This document shows, piece by piece, positions 1 through 10,180 of a stretch of 64,000 nt of DNA. The stretch's first letter is position 1. Each line of letters starts with the position of its first letter. The translations under genes were made by a program, and so were the position numbers. The stretch is from Nitrosopumilus sp. (GTDB lineage Archaea; Thermoproteota; Nitrososphaeria; Nitrososphaerales; Nitrosopumilaceae): the NCBI GenBank assembly GCA_965207075.1, contig CBDBLO010000002.1, positions 608,001 through 672,000 of the forward strand, read 5' to 3'. The notes under the pieces were generated by a model. That model did not search any database and was not told the DNA's origin. It saw nothing but the letters and a program-made list of their open reading frames with translations.

Positions 1-408
1 AGCAGAGGATGATCTGCGCGCACCCTTGCGGGCAGGCTTCTTGTCGCCGTCCCCGCCGCCGCCGTCGGAAGGCCCGTGTTCTGACTCTTCGGTTCTCCGC
101 GCGAGTGCGTCGCTGGCGTCTGTAGGGTCGGGGGACGCATCGGAGTCGGAGCTACCACCGTCGGCGCGACCTGACTTTTTGGGGCGCGGCTTCCTAGATC
201 TTGCGGCCGCGGGGGCGTCAGACGGTTGGGGTGATGATCCAGAACCTGCCTGCTTTTTGGCCCTTGTCGGACGCCTCTTTTTTGGAGGAATGGCATCTAG
301 AATGTCCTTGCGGCGCTTTAACTCTGCCAGCTCGGCCTTTATCCTCTCAATCTCCTCGAGTTCCAGCTCCCGCTTCTTCTCGTCCATTACAGCACCAACT
401 CTCTGCAT
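1..408 (-). CDS. Hypothetical protein, coiled-coil N-terminus plus low-complexity region (partial, runs off window start)
   Basis: Manually translated open frame MQRVGAVMDEKKRELELEEIERIKAELAELKRRKDIL... with no stop to position 1; start at 408 or 387. Confidence 0.6.
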   Translation of the reverse strand, partial: MQRVGAVMDEKKRELELEEIERIKAELAELKRRKDILDAIPPKKRRPTRAKKQAGSGSSPQPSDAPAAARSRKPRPKKSGRADGGSSDSDASPDPTDASDALARRTEESEHGPSDGGGGDGDKKPARKGARRSSSA

Positions 409-537
409 CCCGTGGCAGGCATCCAAGCACCCTGACTGCCAACAGTGCTATTATTGTTGCTAAAGAGGTGATATGCGCCGCACTCTGTGCAGACACGGAG
501 GCCGCAGTCGCTGTCACGTTCCTGACTGCAACAAAGC

Positions 538-1020
538 CTACTCAACGACAAACTCTCCCCGGATAGATATCGTCTCCCCGTCATGACGCATCTCCGCCAC
601 AATCGCATACGAACCCGGAGAGTCCGCCGCGGCCTCAAAGTCGCCCTCCACAGGGAGATCCATTCCGGCATCTACAAAGCACTGCTCAAAGAATGCCTCC
701 TGGGCCAAGACCGCACCGTCACGGTCGTACATTGTAATGTAGAGATCGCCGCAGTCAAACGCCGCGTCACTGACGGAGACACCGACGGCAATCTGGCCGC
801 CTACACTGTACGATTCGGAGAGTCCCACTATGAGGATGCCGTCGTCTGAGGAATGCGGGCCGGATACATACGCCGTCCCGTGTCCGCCCGACGACTGTGG
901 GGGCCACATCTGCATCTCGCGGCCCGGCTTGTCGAGCACGTCGGCCATTACGGCGGTTGCAAGTGACAGGGACAGTATGATTGGGAGCACAAAGATCACG
1001 AATGTCCTTCTAGACGCCAT
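538..1020 (-). CDS. Hypothetical secreted protein (possible Ig-like fold)
   Basis: 160-aa ORF with N-terminal signal peptide (RRTFVIFVLPIILSLSLA) and beta-rich body; TATA-like ATATAT upstream. Confidence 0.65.
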   Translation of the reverse strand: MASRRTFVIFVLPIILSLSLATAVMADVLDKPGREMQMWPPQSSGGHGTAYVSGPHSSDDGILIVGLSESYSVGGQIAVGVSVSDAAFDCGDLYITMYDRDGAVLAQEAFFEQCFVDAGMDLPVEGDFEAAADSPGSYAIVAEMRHDGETISIRGEFVVE

Positions 1021-1437
1021 GCAGTGCAGCAGGGACGCCCATATATCTATCTGACAATCGCACTGGTGAGGCTTCGCTTGAGCGCGACAATATGCAGTGT
1101 ATGTGAGTACTTGTTGCGCAACTTACACATACGGGCGCCGCCGCGTAGCCGCCGCCGCGGTGCGTGGCAAGGAAGTCATATCTTCGGGGTTTCGGCCTCG
1201 GCCGCTGTAAGGCGCCTGCCGTCGTTATCCTGCTTGTGATGCTGTCGCATGGTGCCGGCAATGCCGCTTGCAGTAATAACAGGCGTCCGAAAGATCCTCT
1301 CTTTTCCTGCTCCGGCATGTCTGACTCCTGACACCCGTGTCCGGCGCTATTACAGGCCTCGTTGCCGACACCTCCTCGGCATCAGGAACGGGCAAATGTA
1401 CGAATAAGTTAAATCGTAGGCGCGAAACAATGGCGCG

Positions 1438-3537
1438 ATGAGGCTTCGAAAGTTTAGAGTCAGGGCGTACCGCTGCATACACGACTCGGGGGAGATTACG
1501 GTAGGCGACCTGGCCGCGTTCGTGGGCAGGAACGAGAGCGGCAAGACGACCATCCTCCAGGCCCTTACCCTCCTGAACCGGGACGAGCAGGTCTCGGAGC
1601 TCGACTTGTGCGACGAGATGGACGAGGAGCTCAAGAGCGAGATAAGGCTTGCGGAGGGGCAGTTTGAGCTCAACCCCAACGAGATTGAGATGATAAGGGA
1701 GCGCTTTCCGGGACTGCCGGAGATCAGGCGCATGACGCTGTACAGGACAAACCGGAGTCCGGGAGTCCAGTACGAGTTTGACAACATGCCCGTCGACGAG
1801 GGGCGCGGCAGGGACCTCAACTCCTGGGAGAACTTTGCAAAGAAGGTAATCTCGTTCACAGACACCATTCCAAACCACCTCAGGATACAGGTGGACACGT
1901 CGTTCTTTGAGGGCCCCATTCCGGAGACTCAGGAGTCCTTTGACAGCCAGATGGCCGAGTTCGGCAACAGGTTCCACGTCATAGCCATACAGGAGCCGGA
2001 GGTCGTGGCCGAGTGGGAGAAGATCTACGAGAGCCCGGAGAACAGGTTCGACAACCTGCTGAGCGGGGAGAGCGAGAGGGTCGCGCTCGACAACTTTGTA
2101 GGCTCCAACCTGCACCCTAGGTTCGTCTACTTTTCGGACTACAAAAAGATCTTTGGCAACATAAACCTCAGCGAATACGTCAGGGAGGAGAGGGGCACTA
2201 CATCTGGCCGGTCGATAGAGTACGTGGAGGAGTTCGACAAGGCCGAGACCGTGAGAAACCTCTTCTATCTGGCAGAGCTCGACATGGACGAGCTGGAGGA
2301 GGTGAAGAACAGCCCCTCAAAGTGCATCAAGCTGCTCAACGCCGCGTCAAACAAGCTCACGTCTAGGCTCAACCCGGCCTGGAAGGGCGATCCCATACGG
2401 ATAGAGCTGAGGTACAACCCGGGCAACATCATGAGCGTGGTGATATCCGACGTGCACAGGGACGGAAACGTGACAAACACGGGGCTATTGAGTCGCCGGG
2501 CGGAGGGCTTTAAGTGGACGTTCTCGTTCATCGTAAACTTTGCGGCCGAGACCCAGAGGGCGGAACTAAAGGAGGCCATACTGTTGCTCGACGAGCCTGC
2601 AAGGAACCTGCACCCGACGCAGCAGATGGGCATATCGGACCTGCTGAGGAGCCTCGCCGGATCAAACCAGGTGCTCTACGCCACGCACTCGCCGTTTATG
2701 ATATTTGACTATACCCCGGGGAACCTGCTGGTAGTCGAGCTCGACAAACGTAGGCACCTGAGCCGCATATTCTACGACTATTGGAACGCCGACGACAAGA
2801 CCCTGACGCCGATCCTGTACGGGCTGTCACGGGGCCAGGTGGAGTCGGTGGTCGACAGGGAGATCGGGACAAACTCGAGGCCCATCATAATTGTAGAGAC
2901 CATGTCCGACTCCATGTACCTCAACGCCTTTGACAAGTTTCTGCAGGATCCCAACATATCGATGAACCCGCTCAACGTGGTGGCCGCATACAGCAAGAAC
3001 TCGGTCCTGCCGCTTGCCATATTCTATAGAAACCACGGGTACAAGACGTTCATACTGCTTGACAATACGGACGAATCAAGGCAGATATCGGCCCAGCTCA
3101 CGGCAAACGGCTTTCTGCCGGTGCAGACCATATCCTACGAGCTTGAAGGCAAAAAGCTAGAGTCCATAGAGGATTACATCTTGCCGGAGGACTATCTGCA
3201 CCCGGTAAACCAGACCTATGAGATAAAGCTCAGGCGCGAGGGATACACCAGCATAGGGCTGGGGGATCTGGACGAGAAGCAGGACCACAGGGGCATACTT
3301 GCCAAGCTTGCCGCCGTATGGCAGGATCATGCCGATGACGAATGGGGGGAGTTCAGCAACGAGGAGATCACAAGGTACATCTGCGAGAAGATCACTCTTG
3401 ATGAGGCAAGCTTTCTGTCCGACAAGACCCGGGACAGGTTCAGGTCGCTCTACAGGCTCATGGCCGAGCGCATCAGGCAATACCAGAACGTGGTGGCAAA
3501 GGCGGATTTGGACAGATACCGGCGTGCAAAAGCGTAA
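1438..3537 (+). CDS. OLD-family ABC-ATPase/TOPRIM protein (ATP-dependent endonuclease-like)
   Basis: Walker A GRNESGKT, Walker B LLLDEP..LHP, H-loop ATHSP, TOPRIM-like IIIVETMSD. Confidence 0.85.
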   Translation: MRLRKFRVRAYRCIHDSGEITVGDLAAFVGRNESGKTTILQALTLLNRDEQVSELDLCDEMDEELKSEIRLAEGQFELNPNEIEMIRERFPGLPEIRRMTLYRTNRSPGVQYEFDNMPVDEGRGRDLNSWENFAKKVISFTDTIPNHLRIQVDTSFFEGPIPETQESFDSQMAEFGNRFHVIAIQEPEVVAEWEKIYESPENRFDNLLSGESERVALDNFVGSNLHPRFVYFSDYKKIFGNINLSEYVREERGTTSGRSIEYVEEFDKAETVRNLFYLAELDMDELEEVKNSPSKCIKLLNAASNKLTSRLNPAWKGDPIRIELRYNPGNIMSVVISDVHRDGNVTNTGLLSRRAEGFKWTFSFIVNFAAETQRAELKEAILLLDEPARNLHPTQQMGISDLLRSLAGSNQVLYATHSPFMIFDYTPGNLLVVELDKRRHLSRIFYDYWNADDKTLTPILYGLSRGQVESVVDREIGTNSRPIIIVETMSDSMYLNAFDKFLQDPNISMNPLNVVAAYSKNSVLPLAIFYRNHGYKTFILLDNTDESRQISAQLTANGFLPVQTISYELEGKKLESIEDYILPEDYLHPVNQTYEIKLRREGYTSIGLGDLDEKQDHRGILAKLAAVWQDHADDEWGEFSNEEITRYICEKITLDEASFLSDKTRDRFRSLYRLMAERIRQYQNVVAKADLDRYRRAKA

Positions 3538-3691
3538 CCTTAAGAGGCGTGCGGACTCTCTGGCCAAACGTGGATGCTGCATGCGTGGGTTATATTACAG
3601 CGGACACCAAATGGGGGGTGTGGCATTTGGCAGGCACGCGTCTTGCATACGTAGATCCCGGTGCCGGATCAGGGGAGGATGATCTGGGCGT

Positions 3692-6079
3692 ATGAGTGAC
3701 GGACCGACGCGCCTTGCGCGGAACCTTGGAATGCAGGCGACGACGATAATGGCGGCCTCATCAAGAAGCCGTCGCGTCGTTGCAGTGATGCCGGCCGCTG
3801 CAGTGATGGCGATAATCGTAATTGCAGCCGCCTCGGATACGTCGGCATGGCCCGCGACAGGCGAGGCCGCGTTCCCCGCTGCAAACCACGCGTACGCACA
3901 GCAGCAGCAGCAGCAGCAGGACGTCACAGTATCGAGCATATCCATAGGGGGGACCAACCTCATTACGCTAACCAGCTCTGAAAGCGCCCCCGACGTATCC
4001 ATGCTAAGACTGTGGCTTAACTCTGACAGCGGCGCCGTCTTCAAGTCGTTCAAGACTGAGATTGGATGGACGGGCCAAAAGACGCCGCAGGGCGTCGTTG
4101 TGTTTACAACCGCGGTACCGCTAAAGCCTGGCGGGTCTGTCAAGTTCGGGGTCGAGACCGACGCGGCAGTCTCGGGAATCAACTGGAAGGCAGTCGGCCG
4201 GGACGGCGCCGAGGTTGCAACCGGCATGGTGACACCCGGCGAGATGCCCGAGATTGACGACGCGCAGCCCCCGGACGGCGCAGGAGATCCGGGGACTGAC
4301 GTACCACCGCCCCCGACACAGCCGCCCCCGACACAGCCGCCCCCGACACAGCCGCCCCCGACACAGGGCATCACCTCGGAATCCGACTTTAGGATAATAC
4401 CCCTCAAGCCAAGCGTCGGGGCCACGATCAGGGTCGCAGGCGAGGAGTTCGGGCCCAACACGCACTATGACTTTTACATAAACAACCGCATACTTGGGGG
4501 GTTTATGACGGGAGGCGACGGAGCGTTTGTAACTACAGTAAAGTTGCCCTCCAACCTGCAGGCCGACAGGGTCAACTTTGCCGCAAGGAGCGTGGAGGGT
4601 GACGAGGTGGTGCGCAGCCTGAGGCTGAGTCCCGCAGAACAGAGGCCGCAGCTCGGAGGCGGGCAGGGCCCGGGTGGACAGCAGTCCGCACTCGGCATAT
4701 CCGGCATAGCGGAGACTGTAAAGATAGGTGACCGGATCACAATGGAGGGATCCGGGCGTCCGGGCAGCACGCTGGTATTGTACGTGACCAGCCCTGACGG
4801 AGATCAGATAAAATCCAACATAGTAAAGGTGGACGGCTCGGGCAGCTGGTCCGTATCGGAGGCGTTCCTGGTGGGCGCCGACATGAAGATAGGCAGCTAC
4901 AACACCGTCATTACGGACGGATTTGCGTCAGAGAGCAGGTCCTGGTCAGTCGTGATCGAGGAGGGAATCAAGATAACGTCTAGCAAGCTAAAGTACGACC
5001 GCAGTGACGTCATGCAGTTCAACATAACCACCATAAACAGCGAGCCGCTAAAGGTGCATCTTGAAAACCCGAACAACATTGTAGTATATTCGGACATAAT
5101 ACGCACAAACGGCTCAGACTCGGTTGCGTTTGACTACGAGACGAGCTTTAGCGACGCGGAGGGCACGTACACGCTGATTGCGACGCAGGGAGACTACAAG
5201 CAGTTCCTGTTTGTAGGGATCAACGAGCTGCCAAAGGTCAAGATAAGGTTCGATCTTGACAAGGTAAACTATGGATTCTCAGACGTCGCCATAATCAGCA
5301 TAGCTGCAAAGCCGTCGGATACGATCAGGCTCAACATACTGGACAGCTCCGACAACATAAAGTATACCGAGTCCCTCACCGTGCAGTCCGACGGCAGGGG
5401 CGTGGTCACGTTGGACCTGAATGCCTTTGATGACGGCATATACACAGCAGAGCTTGAAAAGGGCACCGAGAAGACGTCCAAGGAGTTTACCATAGGACTG
5501 CAGTCGAGCATCTCCAGCATAGAGGTGGTGCCCATAAAGCCGCCGTACTACCGTGGCGAGCAGTTCCTCGTCTCAGTCGACACGGGCGACGCAAAGGTAC
5601 CGCTTACCATCACAATGACGGACCCGGACGGGGAGGTCGTCACGACCAAGGAGACGTTCTCTACTACGATCAGGGTCGACAAGGACGTGGACAGCAGCAA
5701 GGCGCTCGAGGCGCTTATGATACCCTCTCACGGCAAGTTCGGAACGTGGACCATAACTGCAAGCAGCGGGGGAAGCAGCCACTCGGCCCAGGTCGAGGTG
5801 ATACCCGAAACCATGTCGATACAGGTGCTCGGCATAAAGAGCGAGCACTCGATAGGCAGGTACATAGACATAATGGTGGTAGGGGCAGAGCAGAGCGTGT
5901 GGGTCCAGGTGTCGGCGCAGGACGGCACCCCGATCGGCTCGGAGCAGAAGATATCCATAACGGGCGAAAAGGTGGCGTCTGCAAAGTGGGCCATTCCGGA
6001 CGACGTGCCGCCCGGCACGTACGTGCTCAAGGCCCGGGACACCCACGACAACACGGCCGAGACCGAGATTGAGCTATAG
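3692..6079 (+). CDS. Large secreted/surface protein with Ig-like repeats (thaumarchaeal biofilm-associated-type)
   Basis: 795 aa; signal-like hydrophobic N-terminus, Pro-rich linker, repeated beta modules (PDG..GxY/W); start uncertain. Confidence 0.75.
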   Translation: MSDGPTRLARNLGMQATTIMAASSRSRRVVAVMPAAAVMAIIVIAAASDTSAWPATGEAAFPAANHAYAQQQQQQQDVTVSSISIGGTNLITLTSSESAPDVSMLRLWLNSDSGAVFKSFKTEIGWTGQKTPQGVVVFTTAVPLKPGGSVKFGVETDAAVSGINWKAVGRDGAEVATGMVTPGEMPEIDDAQPPDGAGDPGTDVPPPPTQPPPTQPPPTQPPPTQGITSESDFRIIPLKPSVGATIRVAGEEFGPNTHYDFYINNRILGGFMTGGDGAFVTTVKLPSNLQADRVNFAARSVEGDEVVRSLRLSPAEQRPQLGGGQGPGGQQSALGISGIAETVKIGDRITMEGSGRPGSTLVLYVTSPDGDQIKSNIVKVDGSGSWSVSEAFLVGADMKIGSYNTVITDGFASESRSWSVVIEEGIKITSSKLKYDRSDVMQFNITTINSEPLKVHLENPNNIVVYSDIIRTNGSDSVAFDYETSFSDAEGTYTLIATQGDYKQFLFVGINELPKVKIRFDLDKVNYGFSDVAIISIAAKPSDTIRLNILDSSDNIKYTESLTVQSDGRGVVTLDLNAFDDGIYTAELEKGTEKTSKEFTIGLQSSISSIEVVPIKPPYYRGEQFLVSVDTGDAKVPLTITMTDPDGEVVTTKETFSTTIRVDKDVDSSKALEALMIPSHGKFGTWTITASSGGSSHSAQVEVIPETMSIQVLGIKSEHSIGRYIDIMVVGAEQSVWVQVSAQDGTPIGSEQKISITGEKVASAKWAIPDDVPPGTYVLKARDTHDNTAETEIEL
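4308..4366 (+). repeat. 15-bp tandem repeat (x4) encoding PPPTQ
   Basis: CCGCCCCCGACACAG repeated four times. Confidence 0.95.
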
Positions 6080-6131
6080 GGCTGCGGAGCCGATGATCAA
6101 GACATTTATTGATACCGCTCAGACTGCGGCC

Positions 6132-6662
6132 GTGAACCTCAAGGGCATGATAAGCAACCATCCCGGCTTTCCAAAGGAGGGCGTCGTGTTCCGTGACTTT
6201 GGGCCCATACTGGCAGATCCGCAGGCCCTTGCCCACGTGGCAGGCGAGTTTGGGGAAAAGTTTGACATGGCAGGCGTGGACATACTGGCCGGCATAGAGT
6301 CCAGGGGGTTCATCATAGCGACCATCCTGGGGGCAAGATACGACAAGGGCATGATAATGATACGCAAGCCCGGCAAGCTGCCCGGGAGCACCAAAAAGAG
6401 GTCGTACCAGCTGGAGTACGGGCACAGCAGCCTGGAGATACAGGACGAATCCATATCAAAGGGGCAGAGGGTTCTCATATGCGACGATCTGCTTGCGACA
6501 GGCGGCACCGCAAAGGCGGCAGGACAGCTGGTGGAGGACGCCGGGGGCGTGGTGGCCGGATTTGCATTCGTCATAGAGCTGGCGGGCCTGGGGGGCGCCG
6601 ATGCCATATCCGGGTATGACTATGGCGCACTTGTACGCTATGATGATGACGATAATGAGTAA
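6132..6662 (+). CDS. apt: Adenine phosphoribosyltransferase
   Basis: PGFPKEGVVFRD, GIESRGF, IRKPGKLP, LEYG, DDLLATGGT; GTG start inferred. Confidence 0.95.
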   Translation: MNLKGMISNHPGFPKEGVVFRDFGPILADPQALAHVAGEFGEKFDMAGVDILAGIESRGFIIATILGARYDKGMIMIRKPGKLPGSTKKRSYQLEYGHSSLEIQDESISKGQRVLICDDLLATGGTAKAAGQLVEDAGGVVAGFAFVIELAGLGGADAISGYDYGALVRYDDDDNE

Positions 6663-6686
6663 ATTGACCGGTATGGAAGAAGACTG

Positions 6687-7496
6687 GTGATGACTAGCAT
6701 GGACGGGGCCACGACGGCGGAGATTGGGATATTCGGAGGAACCGGGCTGTACGACTCGGAGATGCTCGAGGATGCGCGCGAGGTAAGGGTCCGCACCAGA
6801 TACGGCGACCCGTCAGACGCGGTTACGGTCGGGACCTTCAGTGGCAGGAGGGTTGCGTTCCTTCCAAGGCACGGAAAAAAGCACGGGATTCCGCCGCACC
6901 TGATAAACTTTAGGGCCAACATAGAGGCGTTCAGGCAGATGGGCGTCACGCGCATAGTAGCGCCATCGGCGGTAGGAAGCCTGAGGGGGGAGCTAAGGCC
7001 AGGCGACTTTGTCATGCCCTCCCAGTATGTCGACTATACAAAGTCAAGGGAGTACTCGTTCTCTGAGAAGGGCAGGGTCATACACATATCCATGGCGGAC
7101 CCGTTCTGTCCGGAGCTGCAGGATTCCATTTCGGAGGCCTCCGGCAAGCAGGGCATCGAGCTGCAGACGGGCAAGACCTATGTGTGCATAGAGGGCCCGC
7201 GCTTCTCCACAAAGGCCGAGTCCAAGATGTACAGGAGTCTTGGCGCCGACGTAATCGGCATGACGCTGGTGCCCGAGTGCCAGCTTGCCAGGGAGGCCCA
7301 GATGTGTTATGCGTCAGTGTCTACCATAACCGACTATGACGCGTGGGCCGAAAAGCCGGTGACGGCAAAGGAGGTGATGGAGACGCTATCAAGAAACGTG
7401 GAGCGCACAAAGGCGCTGCTGGCAGAGCTGGTGGGCCGCATACCCGTCGAGCGAGAATGTCGGTGCGCCGACGCGCTCGGCGAGGCAGAGTTCTAG
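6687..7496 (+). CDS. mtnP: S-methyl-5'-thioadenosine phosphorylase
   Basis: [35 protein letters not shown]. Confidence 0.95.
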   Translation: MMTSMDGATTAEIGIFGGTGLYDSEMLEDAREVRVRTRYGDPSDAVTVGTFSGRRVAFLPRHGKKHGIPPHLINFRANIEAFRQMGVTRIVAPSAVGSLRGELRPGDFVMPSQYVDYTKSREYSFSEKGRVIHISMADPFCPELQDSISEASGKQGIELQTGKTYVCIEGPRFSTKAESKMYRSLGADVIGMTLVPECQLAREAQMCYASVSTITDYDAWAEKPVTAKEVMETLSRNVERTKALLAELVGRIPVERECRCADALGEAEF

Positions 7497-7618
7497 AAAG
7501 GGAATCAAGCGCGGTGGCGGCTATAATTATGGTGGCCGGCGGCTAGTCGCGGCAGTGCGGCGCAGCGTCCGGCCATGGCGCGGCGTGACCGTGCTTGCGG
7601 CCATCACCGCCGCAGCCA

Positions 7619-7921
7619 TCAGTCGTCTGCAAACGTCTCCCGCGACAGCCCCTCTGGAAGCGTCAGGTCTCCCTGCAGCAGGCTCCTTTGCAGCTGCATT
7701 ACAACCTCGTCCGGATCGTATCCTGCCTCCCTCAGGCCCCGTTCGGTCGACTCTGACAGCTTGGCCCCGATGTTCTGCCCGCCTATCCTGCCAAAGGCTA
7801 TGGCCTCGAATGGAAACTTCAGTGTGCCGTCAAGCGTGAACGTGCCGTCTATCTTGGCGGCCATCTGCGTGCCCCCTATCCCGATTATGTGCACGTCAAG
7901 GTTGGGCGGGTCGTCCTCCAT
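7619..7921 (-). CDS. Conserved hypothetical protein
   Basis: ORF from MEDDPPNLDVH, typical codon usage, co-oriented with neighbours. Confidence 0.7.
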   Translation of the reverse strand: MEDDPPNLDVHIIGIGGTQMAAKIDGTFTLDGTLKFPFEAIAFGRIGGQNIGAKLSESTERGLREAGYDPDEVVMQLQRSLLQGDLTLPEGLSRETFADD

Positions 7922-7925
7922 GTAA

Positions 7926-8330
7926 TCAGATCTCCACGGCTTTGTTGACATAGTCATCAACAAGAAAGCTCCAGTGCTGGTCGTCGACGATCTCAAAGTT
8001 TGAGACGCGGAGCTTTATCACGCGCTCGTCGAGGCACTCGTGGCTTATCTCGTCGTCCTTCCTGAACTTTACAAGCTTCCACTTGTACCTGCCCTGCTGC
8101 AGCTTGCAGACGCTGACTGCCCACTTCTGATCCGCGTCTATGCGGGGCATCCCGACCAGATCCGCCAGCTCCTCGATTCCCAGCTGCTTTTCCTCGCAAA
8201 AGCGCTTTTTGCATGCGACGCAGCGCCACACGTCCACGGAGCCGATTGTCCGCTCGTTGACGTTGATGTTCACGACGCCAAAGTAGACCGGCTGGTGACT
8301 GCGGCACTCGGTGCCCTCATCCGACGACAT
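7926..8330 (-). CDS. Conserved hypothetical Cys-containing (Zn-ribbon-like) protein
   Basis: MSSDEGTECRSH...WRCVACKKRFC. Confidence 0.7.
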   Translation of the reverse strand: MSSDEGTECRSHQPVYFGVVNINVNERTIGSVDVWRCVACKKRFCEEKQLGIEELADLVGMPRIDADQKWAVSVCKLQQGRYKWKLVKFRKDDEISHECLDERVIKLRVSNFEIVDDQHWSFLVDDYVNKAVEI

Positions 8331-8352
8331 GATACGCGCGCCTCCCCGTCCT

Positions 8353-8706
8353 TTATTTAGTCCTTGCAGAGTCGTACGGCTCCTCGAGGGCCGCCCCGAC
8401 CGCATCCACCACCTTGTTGCGCCCAAACGGCCTGCCATCCCGCTCGCATATGCGCCTGAGCATGTTGACCGCGGTAAACCGGGGATGCATGGCCTCGAAC
8501 TTGGTATCGGGCATGTCAATGAAGGCGCCCAGCTCCACGAGTGACCTTGCAGAGTCGAGCGCCTCGGATGCTGGCACGTCAAGGCGGGAGGCAATCTCAT
8601 CAGGATTCATCATGCCGTCGCACGTGACAAGCAGGTACGTCTTTGCCTGGAGCGCGCTTATGCCCAGCTCCGACGTCAGATCATCCTCGATCTTTGATAA
8701 CGACAC
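8353..8706 (-). CDS. TrmB-like winged-helix protein
   Basis: LGISALQAKTYLL...EIASRL...SLVELG pattern. Confidence 0.7.
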   Translation of the reverse strand: MSLSKIEDDLTSELGISALQAKTYLLVTCDGMMNPDEIASRLDVPASEALDSARSLVELGAFIDMPDTKFEAMHPRFTAVNMLRRICERDGRPFGRNKVVDAVGAALEEPYDSARTK

Positions 8707-8835
8707 AGCGCAGGTGGCACCAGGATGATAATAAAGCGTTTACAATGGTGCAGAGGCCGCCGCCGGGGCGGCAGTCCGCCTCCCTCTCCGCCGCCTCGTA
8801 CGATGCAGGGCATGGCGCGCCGGACGCGGCGGGGC

Positions 8836-9102
8836 CTACGACCCGGAAGGGGATGGCTCCCCGCCGCCCAGCAGCAGCCTCTTTGATATTTTGAGTGAAA
8901 AACCCATTGCGACAAAGTGCGTTATCACGCCGCTGACCGCGCCAATCATCATGTCGTCAAGCACCACCCACACCGCAAAGAACACGGCAAGTGACGGGGC
9001 CGTGACTATGGCGCCTATTATGGAGCCCTTTTTTACAATCTCCTTCGTGGTGAGCTTGGGCCTGGCAGCCTTTTTGTCATCAGACGTCATTTGAACTGCC
9101 AA
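8836..9102 (-). CDS. Small two-TM membrane protein
   Basis: Two hydrophobic segments, basic termini. Confidence 0.65.
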   Translation of the reverse strand: MAVQMTSDDKKAARPKLTTKEIVKKGSIIGAIVTAPSLAVFFAVWVVLDDMMIGAVSGVITHFVAMGFSLKISKRLLLGGGEPSPSGS

Positions 9103-9152
9103 GCCTCCCCCCGCACAGCAATAAAAATCAGATCAAGCCCACCTAATCGATC

Positions 9153-9981
9153 TTGGCGCCCCTCCTAATTATTGGAATATCCGCGCCCCTCGGCAGGCCC
9201 TTTAAAGCAAAACCCCGGATGAGGCCCGAGGCCGACGGCATACTCAGGAGGGTCGAGCGGTCCCACGCGGCGGGGTTCGACGAGACGAGCTGGAGCGACG
9301 GCGGCAGCCCCGCGTACGTGAACGCGGCGCAGTCAGGCGACTGCATCGCGGTAAGCATCGGCAGCAGCAGGGCCACCCTGATGCTGGATGCGATGGACGG
9401 GTTCCGCGGGGTTGCGACGACCGACGGGTACGGCGCGTACGACGGGTTCGGCGCGGACGGCAGGCACCAGGCGTGCTAGGCCCACCACCTCCGGGAGACG
9501 GGGCACCTGGCCAGAAAGTACGGCTGCGCCGTCCCGCCCGAAGTGAAGCGCGTCCGCCGCGAGCTGCACGAGGACCACCAGTCCGTATTCCACACGGCCA
9601 AACTGCTGGCCGCTCAGGGCGCGCACTCGCCGCGCCTGCGGCACGCGATGGACCGCGTGATGCAGGATATGATGGACGAATGCCGCCACAATGGAAGCAA
9701 CGATCCCGACATGCTCAAGGTGCTCGACAAGCTGCAGCGGCAGGCGCCGCGCATGTTTACATTCTTGGAGCACCCCGGCGTCGACCCCACGAACAACGCG
9801 AGCGAGAGGGCGCTGCGCTATACCGTGGTGTTCCGGAAGGTCATAGGGCAGACCAAGGGTGGCCCCCAAGCCATGAGGCGCCTGGCCGACTTTGCCACGT
9901 GCGTCCTCACGTGGCGGAGGCAGGGCAAGAGCGTGTACGAAGAGGTCGCCCGACTGATATAAGGGCCACGTGAACTCATAC
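9153..9981 (+). pseudogene. IS66-family transposase remnant (5'-truncated, internal amber stop) with right end
   Basis: DETSW, TDGYGAYD, QAC*AHHLRE (normally CWAH), PTNNASERALR; right end reads GTATGAGTTCAC on the minus strand. Confidence 0.88.
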
Positions 9982-10052
9982 GATCCGTCGATCAATAAGC
10001 TTTTCTGTGGTTGCCCACCATGAGGCGAAATTTTCAATGAGCGTTACTCTAG
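9981..10052 (-). mobile_element. Isolated left end of the IS630 element found at 11486 (inverted copy)
   Basis: 71/72 nt identical to the reverse complement of 11486-11557. Confidence 0.92.
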
Positions 10053-10121
10053 GAGTGAGATAAAGCCGTCAACCCGCGCAAGTCCGTGGTTGCCGCATTG
10101 CAGGTCCGAACCGCGCGGCCA

Positions 10122-10158
10122 AAAGGCACTCCAAATCTGGATAGACCTTCTTATATAA
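10122..10158 (+). promoter_or_regulatory. Promoter with TATA box and upstream palindrome, shared with 13552-13588
   Basis: AAAGGCACTCCAAATCTGGATAGACCTTCTTATATAA; TCCA-N4-TGGA palindrome. Confidence 0.7.
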
Positions 10159-10180
10159 AGCATGAATACAAGTCGGTGCG

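Noticed and set aside
9477-9479. Pyrrolysine or amber read-through in the IS66 transposase
   Set aside because: TAG replaces a conserved Trp codon by one transition, the gene is also truncated, and no pyl genes are visible
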